A stretch of DNA of 64,000 bases, from NCBI GenBank assembly GCA_040357565.1, contig JBDODJ010000035.1. One strand, 5' to 3'. Below the pieces are notes generated by a model, which did no database searches, was not told where the DNA came from, and saw only the letters and a program-made list of their open reading frames with translations. Positions 41,401 to 56,299 of this stretch are shown piece by piece. This DNA comes from Cercozoa sp. M6MM. Its lineage: Eukaryota > Protista > Endomyxa: Ascetosporea. The stretch's first letter is position 1; the number at the start of each line of letters is the position of its first letter. The translations under genes and the position numbers were made by a program.

Positions 41401-44400
41401 CATAGGGGGGATAGTACAGATGGACCGGTGTGCATGTGTACAAATGGTGTGTACAAATGGACAGGTGTGAAGCGAGACACGACACGGCGCTCCTCGATGC
41501 TCGAGCTGCCGGACACGCTGCTCATCACGCTGAAGCGATTCGACTTTGATCTGCACACGCTGCGTCGTCGCAAGATACAGCAAAGGTAGACTACATCTTA
41601 CCCCCCCCCATACCCCATCTTTCTCCCCATCTTGTCCCCTTGTATACCCCCTATATACCCCATCTTGCCCCCCCTTGATGATTAGGTTCCCTTTCCCTCA
41701 CGCACTGGACATGGCGGAGTTCGCGTTTGGTTCGTCGGCACGTGGCGCGGCACGTGCGCAACTGGACGGTTTGGTATGTGTGGCACACAGCACAGTGCGA
41801 GTGACTGAGTGGGACGCTCTGATCACTGTGGGTTGGCACGTGTGCGCATCAGCAGGTGCAGTACGAGCGCGGCGACTACGAGTACGAGTGTGTGGGCGTG
41901 GTGGTGCACAAGGGCGGCGCCGACTCGGGCCACTACTTCTCGCTGCTGCGCGCACGTGCGCCGGGTCCACTGGAGGACGGTGACGTTGATGTCTTCCAGG
42001 TGGAGTGTCTCCTTGATCTCTCTCAGGGGAAGGGTACTTGGTGTGCGCGTGTGTGTGTGCACGTGCGTGTGTGTGTGCACGTGCATGTGTGTGTGTGTGT
42101 GTGTGTACAGGGCACTCAGGAGGAGCGGTACGACTGGTCGAAGGCACGTGGCCAGTGGTTCGAGTTCAACGACCGCGACGTGCGGCCGCTGCCGTCGGCG
42201 GCTCTGGTGCCTCGCCTCAGCTTCGGCGGCGGCGGCGACGGCGGCGATCAGTCCCAGTCGGCCTACGTCCTCGTGTACCAGCGCCGCCGGCCGCGCTCGT
42301 CGCTGCTGCCGCTGCACGTGCCCAGTGACAGTGCCCACGTGCCCAGTGGCAGTGACCACGTGCCCAGTGACCACGTGTCCACTGGCACTGCCCACGTGTC
42401 CACTGGTCACACGGACCGACTGGTGCTGGCGCCGCACCTGCGCGACGAGTGGCGCCGCATCCGCGCGGACAACGACTCGCTCGTGCAACGCGCCAAGCTG
42501 GGCAACCTGGAGGTGTGTCCTCCTTGACCCGCTTTACCCTCCCCCCCCATCCCCTTTACCCCCATCCCCTTTACCCTCCACCTCCTTTACCCCCACCCGC
42601 CCCCAGATGGCCAACTTCGTGGCCGCCATGGCTGAGCGAATCCGTCGACGCGTGGCACAGGAGACACAAGAGAAGGGGACCCATCAGCGGACACAACAGG
42701 GGACACAACAGGGGACGCATCAGGGGACACAACGGACAGGACTGTCGGCCGGCCTGGTGCATGCGTTCGGCACGTGGTTCGACCTGTTCGTTCGTGTGAC
42801 GGTGCGGTACGGCGGCACTGATCGCACCGGCACTGATCGCAGAGTGCAGGACGGTGTCACTGGCACTGATCGCAGAGTGCAGGACGGTGTCACTGGCACT
42901 GATCGCACTGACGGTGACACGTGCCAGGCCATGTGCCGACTGGCCGAGCACGTGGTCGGCGTGTCGTCGCAAGCGGCGCGACTTGTGCTGCGCCGACTGC
43001 TCGAGTCGGCCGACGGTCTCGGTATGCCCCTGTGTCCTGTCTGTCCATCTGTCCTGCCCATCTGACCTGCCCATCTGACCTGTCCGTGTGTACCTGTTCT
43101 GTCTGTACACCTGGGTCCATCTGGACAGACCTGGACAAAACCAGCGATCCGGCCACTCTGCTGACGCAGATGGTCGTCGAGGCGCCGCGTGAATCCGTGT
43201 GTTTTACCCCCCTGCTTACCCCCTGTTTACCGCCCTGTTCACCCCCCTTAGGTGCGTCGGTTCTTCGCGTCGCTGGTGGTGCGATGCAGCGTCCGCGCGG
43301 ACGGTTCGCTGGACCGACGACGGTGTCTGCGCACGTGCGCGACGGTGCTGCGACGGCAGTTTTTGCAGCGACACCTGCGCTCGCTGGCGCCGCTGGACGG
43401 TGTGCACAGGGTACCTACCTTGTCCTACTTGTACAGTCCTACCTGGCCTGTCTATCTGGCCTGTCTATCTGGCCTGTCTATCTGGCCTGTCCATATGTAC
43501 CCCTGTGTGCGTGCGTGTGTCCGTGTGGACAGGTGCAGTGTGCCACGCAGCTGCTGGACACGATCGGCCAGCTGCTGGACAGCGAGGACGACGGCCCCGT
43601 GGCGCGCGACGTCGCCACGCAAGTGCTGGCCACGCTGCAGGACATCCTGATGGTACTTTACCCCCCCCCCCCACTCCTCCCTACCCCTTTACCCCTACCC
43701 ATTTACCCTATCCCTTGAGCCCTACCCCCTTTACCCTATCCCCTTAATCCTATCCCCTTTACCCCCTTTACCCTATCCCCTTAACCCGTACCCCCTTTAC
43801 CCTATCCCCTTAACCCCTATCCCCTTTACCCTATCCCCTTAACCCCTACCCCCAGGAACTGCGTCGCATCGCGCCGCATGCAGCGTTGGCGGCGGCGACG
43901 TCGGCTCGCGCGTGTCCGAGTCTGCGCGTGGGCCTGACGCCGGTGGTGCGACTGCTGCGGCAGCGCAGTGTGGCCGCCGTGGTGGCCGACTTGGATGCCA
44001 CGGCCGCACTGCGACTGGCCACGGCACTGGCCACGGCGCCTGTCCTCAGTGCCGCCGACTTTGACGCCAGCACGCAGCGCGACCTGGTGCGCATTTATAC
44101 TCCCATCTTACCCATCTTGGTCCCATCTTACCCCCACATTGGCCTCCATCTTACTCCCATCTTACCCCTCTCTGAGCCCACCCTGACCCTCACACCCACA
44201 GGTGAACGACGCCGTAACTCTGGCGCTCGATAGTGGTCGACTGGACGACCTGGTGCGCGAGGTGTGTCGCCACCTGCTGCTGCAGGCCGACTTTGATGGC
44301 GCTGTGCCTCTGCTGGCTGTGTTGGTAGCTTTACTCCCTTACTCTTATTCTCCAGTTACCCCCTCTTCCCTCCCCCCACCCACAGTACCGAGCAGCCACC

Positions 44401-44788
44401 GTGCGCGTCTCTGTCGCCGTCGATATTGTGTGTGCCCTTGTGGAGGTGCCCTAGCTGTCTAGTCTACACTATATATCTTTATATTTGTTTTTATATCGAT
44501 AGATGTATAGATGTGTATCTACAGTATTTGTAGATATACTTTATATGATAGACGTATGTGCAATGTGTATGTATAGGCCGCACTGCCGACGTCGAACCTG
44601 GTGTCGCACCGACTGCGCCTGGTGCTGCTGCAGTGTATCAGCAGCGTCGTGCAGCTGCGCGACGTGGCGGCCTCGCTGCCACCGGCCACGGTGACTGCCT
44701 TGTCCTCGCTGCTCGACTGGCTCACCGCCGCCCTGCAGGGACAGCCCAAGTCCTCGGTAGTCTTCTCTATCTACCCAGCTGTCTATCA

Positions 44789-44835
<47 letters not shown>

Positions 44836-45382
44836 CTCTGTCTATCTAGCTCTCTATCTATCTATCTCTCTATCTATCTGTCTGTCTGTTTGTATCTGTC
44901 TGTATCTATCTATCTATCTGTCTCCTATATCATATATATATATATATATATATTTAATATATCTTATATATACAGGCGGAGCCACCGGCACCACCAGGCT
45001 CGCAGGAGTTGCGACACGCGCCTCCACCCGGCGTGTCGAGCGACCTGCGGCGCCGCTTTCTGCGCAAGCGTACGCAGCGTGCCGCTCGCTACCTGTCCAA
45101 CTGGTTGTCGGACGCGCGAGGTGTGTCCCCTTCCCTCGCCCTTTCTATCTCTGATAACAATATTGCTGGACCATTTCGTGCCCAGGTGCCTTCCGCGGCG
45201 TCGGCGCCAGTGACAGCAATACAGACACAGGCAAGGGCGTCGCTCGGATTGGTAGCTCTCCTCACTGGTTTAGCCTGGTGCGTTTTTACAGACGGCACCC
45301 TTTGCTTGTCGCAGGCCGCCGTTGGGACAGCGTCCGCAAGTCGCTCGCCAATGCCCGCCGCAACGCCATAGCGTCCGTTTAA
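33256..45382 (+). CDS. Very large ubiquitin-specific protease (USP9/24/34-like helical repeats plus a UCH domain), interrupted by two gaps
   Basis: ELLGGDNALNCEQC, LPDTLLITLKRFDFD, FPFPHALDM, His box VGVVVHKGGADSGHYFS, WFEFND and SAYVLVYQR lie at about 41334-42290. The Cys box is not visible and is expected in the gap at 41196-41295. Confidence 0.8.
33989..34325 (+). repeat. Intron built from degenerate TGTAC/CAGTGTAC repeats
   Basis: Dozens of gtac/gtat units lie between donor GTACAC and acceptor CACAG. Confidence 0.9.
41196..41295. other. Assembly gap. Other gaps at 26777-26786, 35317-35416, 58640-58649, 60134-60233 and 62509-62518
   Basis: Runs of N, mostly within or beside simple repeats. 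Confidence 1.
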
Positions 45383-45544
45383 GTTATCTTAGCACTTTCG
45401 ATCGTGATAAATCGCTGTTAAACCCCTCTGTCGTCGGTCGCGCCTGCCGGCAGCCGGCGCCGAACAAAAAATAACGGGAAAAAGTCTGGACGTTGAGTCT
45501 TTTAGATTTGTGTGCGTTCGCAAAGTGACATGCGGGAACTCTAG

Positions 45545-47098
45545 ATGGCCAAAATCGCTGAAAGGGACGCGATTGCGCAGTCAGAGTTTTTGTTGGATGT
45601 GCGCGCTGCTGAGGAAGCTCGTGTTGCGCACGCCTATCGTCTGCCTGCCTCCTTGGTTGGACACAAGCGCGAAGCCGAGCTACCAAAGAAGGACGATGCG
45701 ATGTACAACACGTTTCTTTGTGCCGCTTGACAGAGGCACGTGCCTGTCTTTCTTAGAACCATCCTGGTGTCTAATCCCCCGACCGAAGTAGAAAACGAGG
45801 CTGTGGCATTCTTGCGATCGCGTGGATATTCGTACTTGCGCCCACATTAAAGGTCACACAAAGTGCAAAACACATGCAACCTATTGACAGAGTCAAAGCC
45901 GTCCTGCAAGTCCCTGAAGAGCACACGATTCCGGCAGCGGAGGAGAGACCGCTGTGGCGGCCGTGTCCGTTCTTGCAACGCAGTGTGGCATCACTGTCAC
46001 CTGGCACGGTGCTGGACGTGGTGCGATCTCACACATACGTTATGTTTTTTATGCTTTGGAGTTTGTCTCTCTCGGCAGGGCTGTGGAAGTGGGCGTGACA
46101 GCGTGTTTCTGGCCATGCAAGGCTGGCAAGTGACCTCTCTCGATCACCTTAGCAAGATGTGTCAGCGCACACAGGTATGACCTTGTCCTTGTTGTACGCA
46201 TAATATGGTGGGCACCTGTTGTTGGATACAGACACTAGCAGAGCGCCACAAGGTCGCAGTGCGTACAGTGAAGGCCAAATCGTCTCCCGATGCGACACTC
46301 GCTTTCTCTAGCCGTGAGGGTACGCTTCTCCATTTAATGCATCCCTTGTCCCGGGGACAGATTTTGATTCTGTCGTTTTCTAGACCTTGATCATGTAAAA
46401 AACACGCAGTTCGATCTTGTTGTCTGTGTGCGCTTCTTGCAGCGTGAGATGTACAGTTTATTTTCACACTGATGATCAGTCAAAGTGGTGCTGTGCCTTG
46501 TAGCCTGCCCATGCTGGCCCAGATGGTGAAACCCGGCGGTCGGTTCTTGTGCCAGCAGTTTAGCGACGGCTGTCAGCACGTTGGTCCGTGTTCACCATCC
46601 GATCCGCAAAGGATACTCCAAGGTAACAGCACTAGCGCTGCCAGGTGAGGCACTCACGTAGTTTGCTTCCCTGAAGAAAAAGAGTTGACTCGCACCTTTG
46701 AGTCGTTCGGTTTCCTTGTTGGTAACAGCATCTGATGCTTTCGGGATTGCCTTAGATTGCGTCGCATATAGAGCAAGACGAAGTGGTTCACTTAAGCGAT
46801 GGACGACCGGTGTGCAATTTTCGGGCAAGAAAGCCGCTTTGCGACGATGATACTGCCGCTACTCGTGACACTCTCTCGACTGCGAGGTATGTTTGTCCTC
46901 GGATGCACGACTGTGTCTCAGTTTGTTCTACTGTCGTAATTTCACAGTGCATGGGCGCCCGTACTGCAGCGTCACCGCGCCTTCGTGCTGCAACTGCGGC
47001 GTGGCAAGAAACATCGCGTGCAGCGTCATTTGCACAAGCTAAACAAAAGACGCAAGAAAAAGGCTGCGGTTGATCGCGTTGACACAGATCAACGGTAA
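45545..47098 (+). CDS. Rhodanese-like domain plus class I SAM methyltransferase (TehB-like)
   Basis: Exons encode FLLDVR..AHAYRLP..REAELP (rhodanese-like), LWRPCPFL, VLDVGCGSGRDSVFLAMQGWQVTSLD, FDLVVCVRFL, VKPGG and LSDGRPVCNFRARK. First stop is TAA 47096-47098. Confidence 0.8.
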
Positions 47099-47135
47099 TT
47101 TCCTCGCGGTAGTCACGAGCGGCCACCGATTGCAT

Positions 47136-47384
47136 TGGGACCTTGGTCTCAAGGTCAACGACATGCATGCATCGGTGGCCGCCGCAAGCTTCGCATTCCG
47201 TATGTTCCCTCAGTAGCCCCGATCTCTCAGTGTCTCGTAACTTGACTTTGACTTTGACTTTGTTGGTGTTTGGGAGATGCACAGTGCTGCCTTGGCGTAC
47301 GGCTCGCGTGGTGCAGGTGCCGACATCCCGCCCAACTCGGACCTCGTGTTCACCGTCAAGGTGCTCTCGCAGAGCAACACGTGA
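47136..47384 (+). pseudogene. C-terminal half of an FKBP-type PPIase (remnant or read-through tail)
   Basis: WDLGLK lies in a shifted frame, then CIGGRRKLRIP, an intron, and AALAYGSRGAGADIPPNSDLVFTVKVL. No FKBP N-terminal strands were found. Confidence 0.65.
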
Positions 47385-47570
47385 TCATGGTTTAATCTAA
47401 CGTATCGTGAGTAAGTTACAATTACCGTCTCATCTCGTCCGATGGCTGACTGGCTTTTGTCAAGTTGGGTGCATTGGCAATGAACTCCCCCGTCAAGTAA
47501 ACAAACTGTACGAGAGTGGCTTTCAGCAGCGCAGCGCAGAAAGGGACGGTATAAGACTGGCTGGAACTGT

Positions 47571-47619
47571 TAAAACAAAAAAAACTGCAAAAAGAGGAGT
47601 AAAACTGCAAAAAGAGGAG
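47571..47619 (-). terminator. Pol III oligo-T terminators within a 20-bp tandem duplication downstream of the tRNA
   Basis: The plus strand has aaaactgcaaaaagaggagt twice (47581-47620), giving T5, T4 and T8 runs on the transcribed strand. Confidence 0.65.
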
Positions 47620-47771
47620 TGCCAACGCCCGGACTCGAACCGGGATCCACCCGCTTTACCCACAACAACTTAATCGGTCGCCTGTACGGCGGCCAAATTT
47701 TCCAGAAAGAGAAAGATCGATTGGGGTGTCCCGAAGGACAGATGGGCGCTCTACCATTGAGCTACGCCGGC
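47620..47771 (-). tRNA. tRNA-like gene with an ~80-nt insertion in the anticodon arm; anticodon ambiguous (GTA or GTC)
   Basis: Acceptor GCCGGCG/CGTTGGC-A, D arm GCTC-AATGGTA-GAGC (A box) and T arm CCCGG-TTCGAGT-CCGGG (B box), with a downstream TTTTT. Confidence 0.8.
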
Positions 47772-48029
47772 AACTGAACAATGATTATCAGTTATATCAA
47801 CCACATTAAAAATTGTCAACTTTGAGTTTCCGTGTAACCACATCATGGGCTAGTTTTGCTCGATCCGAACTCCCGTGGGGCGGAAACTTAATCAAGCAGA
47901 CGATTAAATAATGGTAAATGCCATGCGTGACAAAGCTCTGGTGTTAAATAGGGGCTTGCTTTTTCGGACTGGGAAGGACAATGTGAGGACGACGGTCGGT
48001 TGACTGACTCACTCGTTTGGCGCCGAGTT

Positions 48030-50060
48030 TGAGGCGAAACTGTTGTGCAGAGGGGTGGTGGGCGAAAGACGTGAGTTTGCGCGCTGTCCAGGTCGTTAAC
48101 AGCCAGAAGTACACAAACTCAACAGTGGAGTGTTGGGAGATTTTACATGCACCGCAGAGATAAAGAAGCTGGGGTCGGGCACACGGTGACGGCGTTCAGG
48201 TCGGCGTTGCTTGCGTGGTGCCATCTAAATAAACAACGCCGAATGAACTACGAGCACCGCAAGGAGGCGTGCATAATGTGGAGATTTACTGGAGGAAACT
48301 GCTGTGCCGAATCGGCAAGGACATTGGACGCAGAACTCCAAACAGCTTCTTGCTGACGTTGAATCGGTACCTACTCCAGCACACTGATAGTCACCTCGCC
48401 TTCTCTGTCATTTTCGGTACCTGTGGCACCAGTTTTGAATGCCTGAACGGCATGATGTTGCGCAGGTTGAGACTCCGCGCCAGCAGAGCAGAGCTGTCCA
48501 TTACGCTGTAGCACCCGGCGCTGCTCGACGTCGAGTTGAGTGTGTCCATGATGCTCAGATTGCCGAGTACGGTGCGCGCATCGGTACCATAGCGCACAAT
48601 GTTGGACAGACTTGGGGCGGCACTGCGCGTGCTGCGCCACTGCTGCGAGTTGTTGCTGGCAATGCTCACTGCGTCACGTGCTTGTGAGCGCAGCATGCAC
48701 GGCGTCAGAAGCGACAAGTCGAGTGCTTGCAACTGGAGGAATGGAACATGCACATGTTCAATGTAACTCCCTGTGCGTGTCGAAGCGCATATACCGGAGG
48801 TTGCTGCTGAACGATCGGTAGGGATGCCTGTGCTGCTTGCTGTGCCGCTTTGCTCGCGGACTCCTTTCGCAGCTTAGCCTCTAAGTGCAGAATTTGAGCG
48901 CGTGTCCACTGGTCGCAACTGCATCACAAACACGTCAGTCGGAGAGTGGTACAGGTGGCTATAGAGACAGTACGTGAACTGCGGTAAGTTGTCTCCAGCT
49001 GCGGCGCGTTGCAGCTCGCCGCTGAACGAGTGCACTTGCGTTCGAACCGAATCGACGTCGAGTTTCTCTAAAGCCGTGCGGTGTTCCATGTTCAGTTCGC
49101 GCAGTAGACGCAGATGCATTAGTGTGCCTGTAACTCAAGTTGACATTTTCGTTACTAAAAGGCAGGAAGAATCGGTAGTTTGTACCAGTGTAAAGGGAGC
49201 GATTGAGTCCACCCAAACGGCAAAGATTCTCGTAGTTGCACAGGTGAGAAAAGTGACCTCGCTGCTCCAGGTCCTGTGCCACTAGCAGAGTCAGCGACGA
49301 CGCCGTCTTGGCTGCCGCCACTTCGAGCGGGTTTTCGTTAGCGCTGCCAGGCAAAGCGTTGCTGTCATCCTGTTTGAGGGGTCGTACCTTGTATTAAGCC
49401 AGGCACAAGGCACTCTGCTAATACTGTTGGGAGTACCCGAGGGACAAGCTCTGACGCAGGTGCCGCATCGGTCACGGACACTGGAAGACCTAGGTGCTCC
49501 AGCACCAAAGGAATCGATACACGTGCCTGCCACATTTAAAGTAGTCATACAATACAGTGACACCTACACAGCAAATAAAATTGATTTACCAATGCGAGGG
49601 TATCCAACACGATGCAGCACACTTGACGCGCGAAGGCACGTGTGGCAGGCAGCAGTTGCTGGAGTTTTTCAATAATCTGAGCCGCTTGCGCACGGTGCAG
49701 TTCGCCTAATAAAAACAAACACACATCTTCTTCTGTTGTACAGACAGAGTAGGCGTGCGTACTTGCTGTACCTAGCAGGTGGCACACTTGCATGGCACTC
49801 TGAGCGTCCACACAAAGCAGTCCATCGTTCACGAACAGGTGGTGGCGCTGCTGGATGAAGCCGGGAATACTCGTGTCCGGCTGCAGGGCGCGCAGTTGTT
49901 CCATGTCGTGCTGCTCATTCGGAGTGCAAGAGTACAGGCTGTGACAAGAGAGAGAGAGCGAAACATTTGACACACCTCTTTCTGCCGACCTGGGTCGTCC
50001 GTAGACCACGCGAATGCTTGTGCTCCAGGCGACGACAACTACAAAAAAACAGTAAATCGA
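48030..50060 (-). CDS. Hypothetical multi-exon coding region; either a separate gene or the 3' extension of the Myb gene
   Basis: Several long exon-like frames (48391-48700, 48975-49200, 49780-49940) are bounded by AG/GT. No family recognised. Confidence 0.4.
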
Positions 50061-50084
50061 CATGTGCCTGGTACCATATGTTCC

Positions 50085-51809
50085 TAGAAAGCCTCACCAC
50101 ACACAAATTCTGGGCTTTTGGCCGTCTCGACTGAGTCTCCAGACCTACACAAGGTCAGGGGTGCGCGGGGTGAGGTGGAAGAACATGCAGAAACTACCAA
50201 GTTTTCGCAGTGCATCTTCGACTCGACTGACCGAGGTGCAGAAGGTCAGATGGGTCGCCGTGGACCACAGCAGTGCCTGAGATTATGTAAGTCTAGTTCC
50301 CTTTTGTCCTCCCCTTCTTTCACTCCGAGCTGGCAAACCTACCTTTCGAATGACTGAACGAGACGCCATGCGCGTGGAGACCAAAGACAGCACGGGTGCC
50401 TTTGCTTGCAGCTGCTGCACTTGTTGTCGTACTTGAGGTTGCACCTGCGGCACGCTAGCACTCGTATCGACAGCAACGAGCGGCTGAGCGATGCACTGCT
50501 GCAGGGGGGCATGTGGGATAGTAAACTTACAACAATATAAAAACATGTGGGTACCCTCGAGTGAGCCGGCGTTGGAGCGACGGTACCTGCCAGATTCGGA
50601 ACATTTTGCCGAGAGACAGCGCTAGCTGCCAGTTGCGACTGCAGGAGCAGTGGAAGCACGGCTGACATCGTGGACATTGGTGGTGTCGCTGGCCTAAACA
50701 ATACACTTGGGTACTTTGGGACTTTGATCCAACGATAGTGTGTGGAAAGCAGTTTCACCGTTCACTGTTTACAGTTCGCAGTCGTTTCACAGCTGGCCGA
50801 GCCATCGTACTTGTCTAAACAGATGCCAAGCACTCATCAACCCTTCAGGGAGAGAGCACGGTTGACTGGACCTTACCGCCGATTGAGCCACTGACTGCGT
50901 CATCTGTGAACGTGCGCGCTTGAGCTGCATCTGCAGGATCTGACTTAGTGTCGCACTCGGCGGGGCCATCGGACACAATTCCGAGAACAACGCTGCTTGT
51001 GCCTGTACAGAGTTCGAGCAAGTAGAGCGTGTACTACTGACGCAGCAGAGGTATAAAACAACAACTGACAACCGAGCTTACCCCGATCCTGGGAGGAGCT
51101 GCAGGTGACGCGCCATGTGCTGGCGTGGTATGGAACGCCTGCTTGTTGTTCGGAGGCAGTCGAGGCAACGTGTTCGGCGGCAGCGGTGAGTAAAGCAGCG
51201 TGTCTTTGCCATCTTCTCCTAGACCCGACTTCTTGCGCTTCGACTTTGACTTGCGGCGGAAGTTGGCGCGTGGTTCCGGCACCAAGTGCGCCAAGCCACG
51301 CCGACGCAGTTTCTGGAAGTACTTTTGCGCATGAGAGCGACACTGGACGACGTCCTATTATTTATTTTCGAGATCAAAGACCCTTTAAGTCACAGGGTCA
51401 CCAACATTGGTTTTGCGGACCTTGGTTTCGACGAGGCGAGCAACACGCGTCCACTCACGGCCAAAACGCTCGACGCCAGTGCAAAAACGCTCGTGCTCTT
51501 CCTGCCAAACGCAGTTGTTGTTTGTGTGGTAGTCCCGTCATCCCAGTGGTGAGCGATCAGTTCAAGGGAAATAAGTAAACTTACCGGCGACCAAGGCAGC
51601 CGCTCGCGCTTACGAACGTACGGTTTGCGAGAACGTGTGCCACCATCAGCTTTTTTAGCACTGTCATCCGAGGTGGTCGTCTCAAACGCACTGCTATCAA
51701 AGCTTTGATCACTCACGAGCATCGACTGGGAACCGGCAGGCAAACCGTCCGACTCGGAAACACGCTGGGACGAAAGAGGGGGAATCCGCGAGACCTCCTT
51801 CGCGGCCAT
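50085..51809 (-). CDS. Single-repeat SHAQKYF-class Myb transcription factor (CCA1/REVEILLE-like); 3' end uncertain
   Basis: Three exons splice to RKPYVRKRERLPWSP|EEHERFCTGVERFGREWTRVARLVETK|DVVQCRSHAQKYFQKLRRRGLAHLVPEPR. Confidence 0.88.
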
Positions 51810-52305
51810 GGTGCTTCGCCCGTCTTGAAGTGCAATGCGAAACTACCCCACACTAACGGCACTCTTGGGGGCTTTGTGGACCCACTTCCCACTTGCTGCT
51901 TGTGTATCAACGTATCACGCTGAAACTGCCGTGATCGATCACGGCACCACTGCGGTACCATGGTACTTTTCGCAATGCAAACTAGATGGCAGCACCGATG
52001 CGAAGGTAGTTTAGCTTTAACCGACAAAAGGTCATGCTGAAGATATTGTTGTTTAAAATATGGAGCGACCGTCGCGTGAGCTGTACGCTAATTTTGCATT
52101 TTTATTTAACTCGCTCGAAGTATACCTCCAGATGGGAACTACCCTTTAATTGCAATTCGGAAGCACGTGCGTGTCGATCGTCGTATTCAGTGACACCATA
52201 CACACGACAGTCGACGGCAGTCGCCGGCAACTTGCGTGTTCTCTCGCTAATGATCAGTTTCGTTCGCCACAGTCACGTCAGTCGGGGACCACGGGCAGCT
52301 GGAAC

Positions 52306-55792
<3,487 letters not shown>

Positions 55793-56299
55793 GACGAGAC
55801 CCCACACACTACTCCACAGTCGCTGCTCCGACTGCTGCTGCTGCTGCTGCTGTGAGTGTTGCGGCGACACCTTGTTTGACACTCGCGCGTGTGCGCTCCG
55901 CCGCTGCACATGCCAAGGATCTTAAACGATCACCCGGTACACTCACACCTCCAAGTAAATCCTCGTGTGCAAAACAGTAGAGAGCGTGGAGAAAAGGGAG
56001 CGAGGACAGATGCGTTTCTGGATCTCGTGGTGGAGAGGTGACCAAACAAGAAACTGTTCCCCTGCAAGCTAACGCACCAATCGTTGAGCAGGCACCCAAT
56101 AACTCAGTCACACGTCTTATGACGACCAGACCTCGACCGGGAGCCGTCACGTGCTCCAGTACTGCACAGACCCACATCGGCTCAAATGATCCCAGACGAG
56201 CCGAACTTTCTCTGGTTTTCTCGTGGGCCGTGTTGGAGGTCCCTGGCGTACGGTAGTGTGTGTGTAACCCCATCTTTAACGCCTGAAAAGCCCTAGACG

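Noticed and set aside
47654-47739. tRNA insert as a spliceosomal GT-AG intron, hammerhead ribozyme or C/D snoRNA
   Set aside because: GT...AG removal destroys the anticodon loop, and there is no CUGAUGA/GAAA core or C/D boxes.
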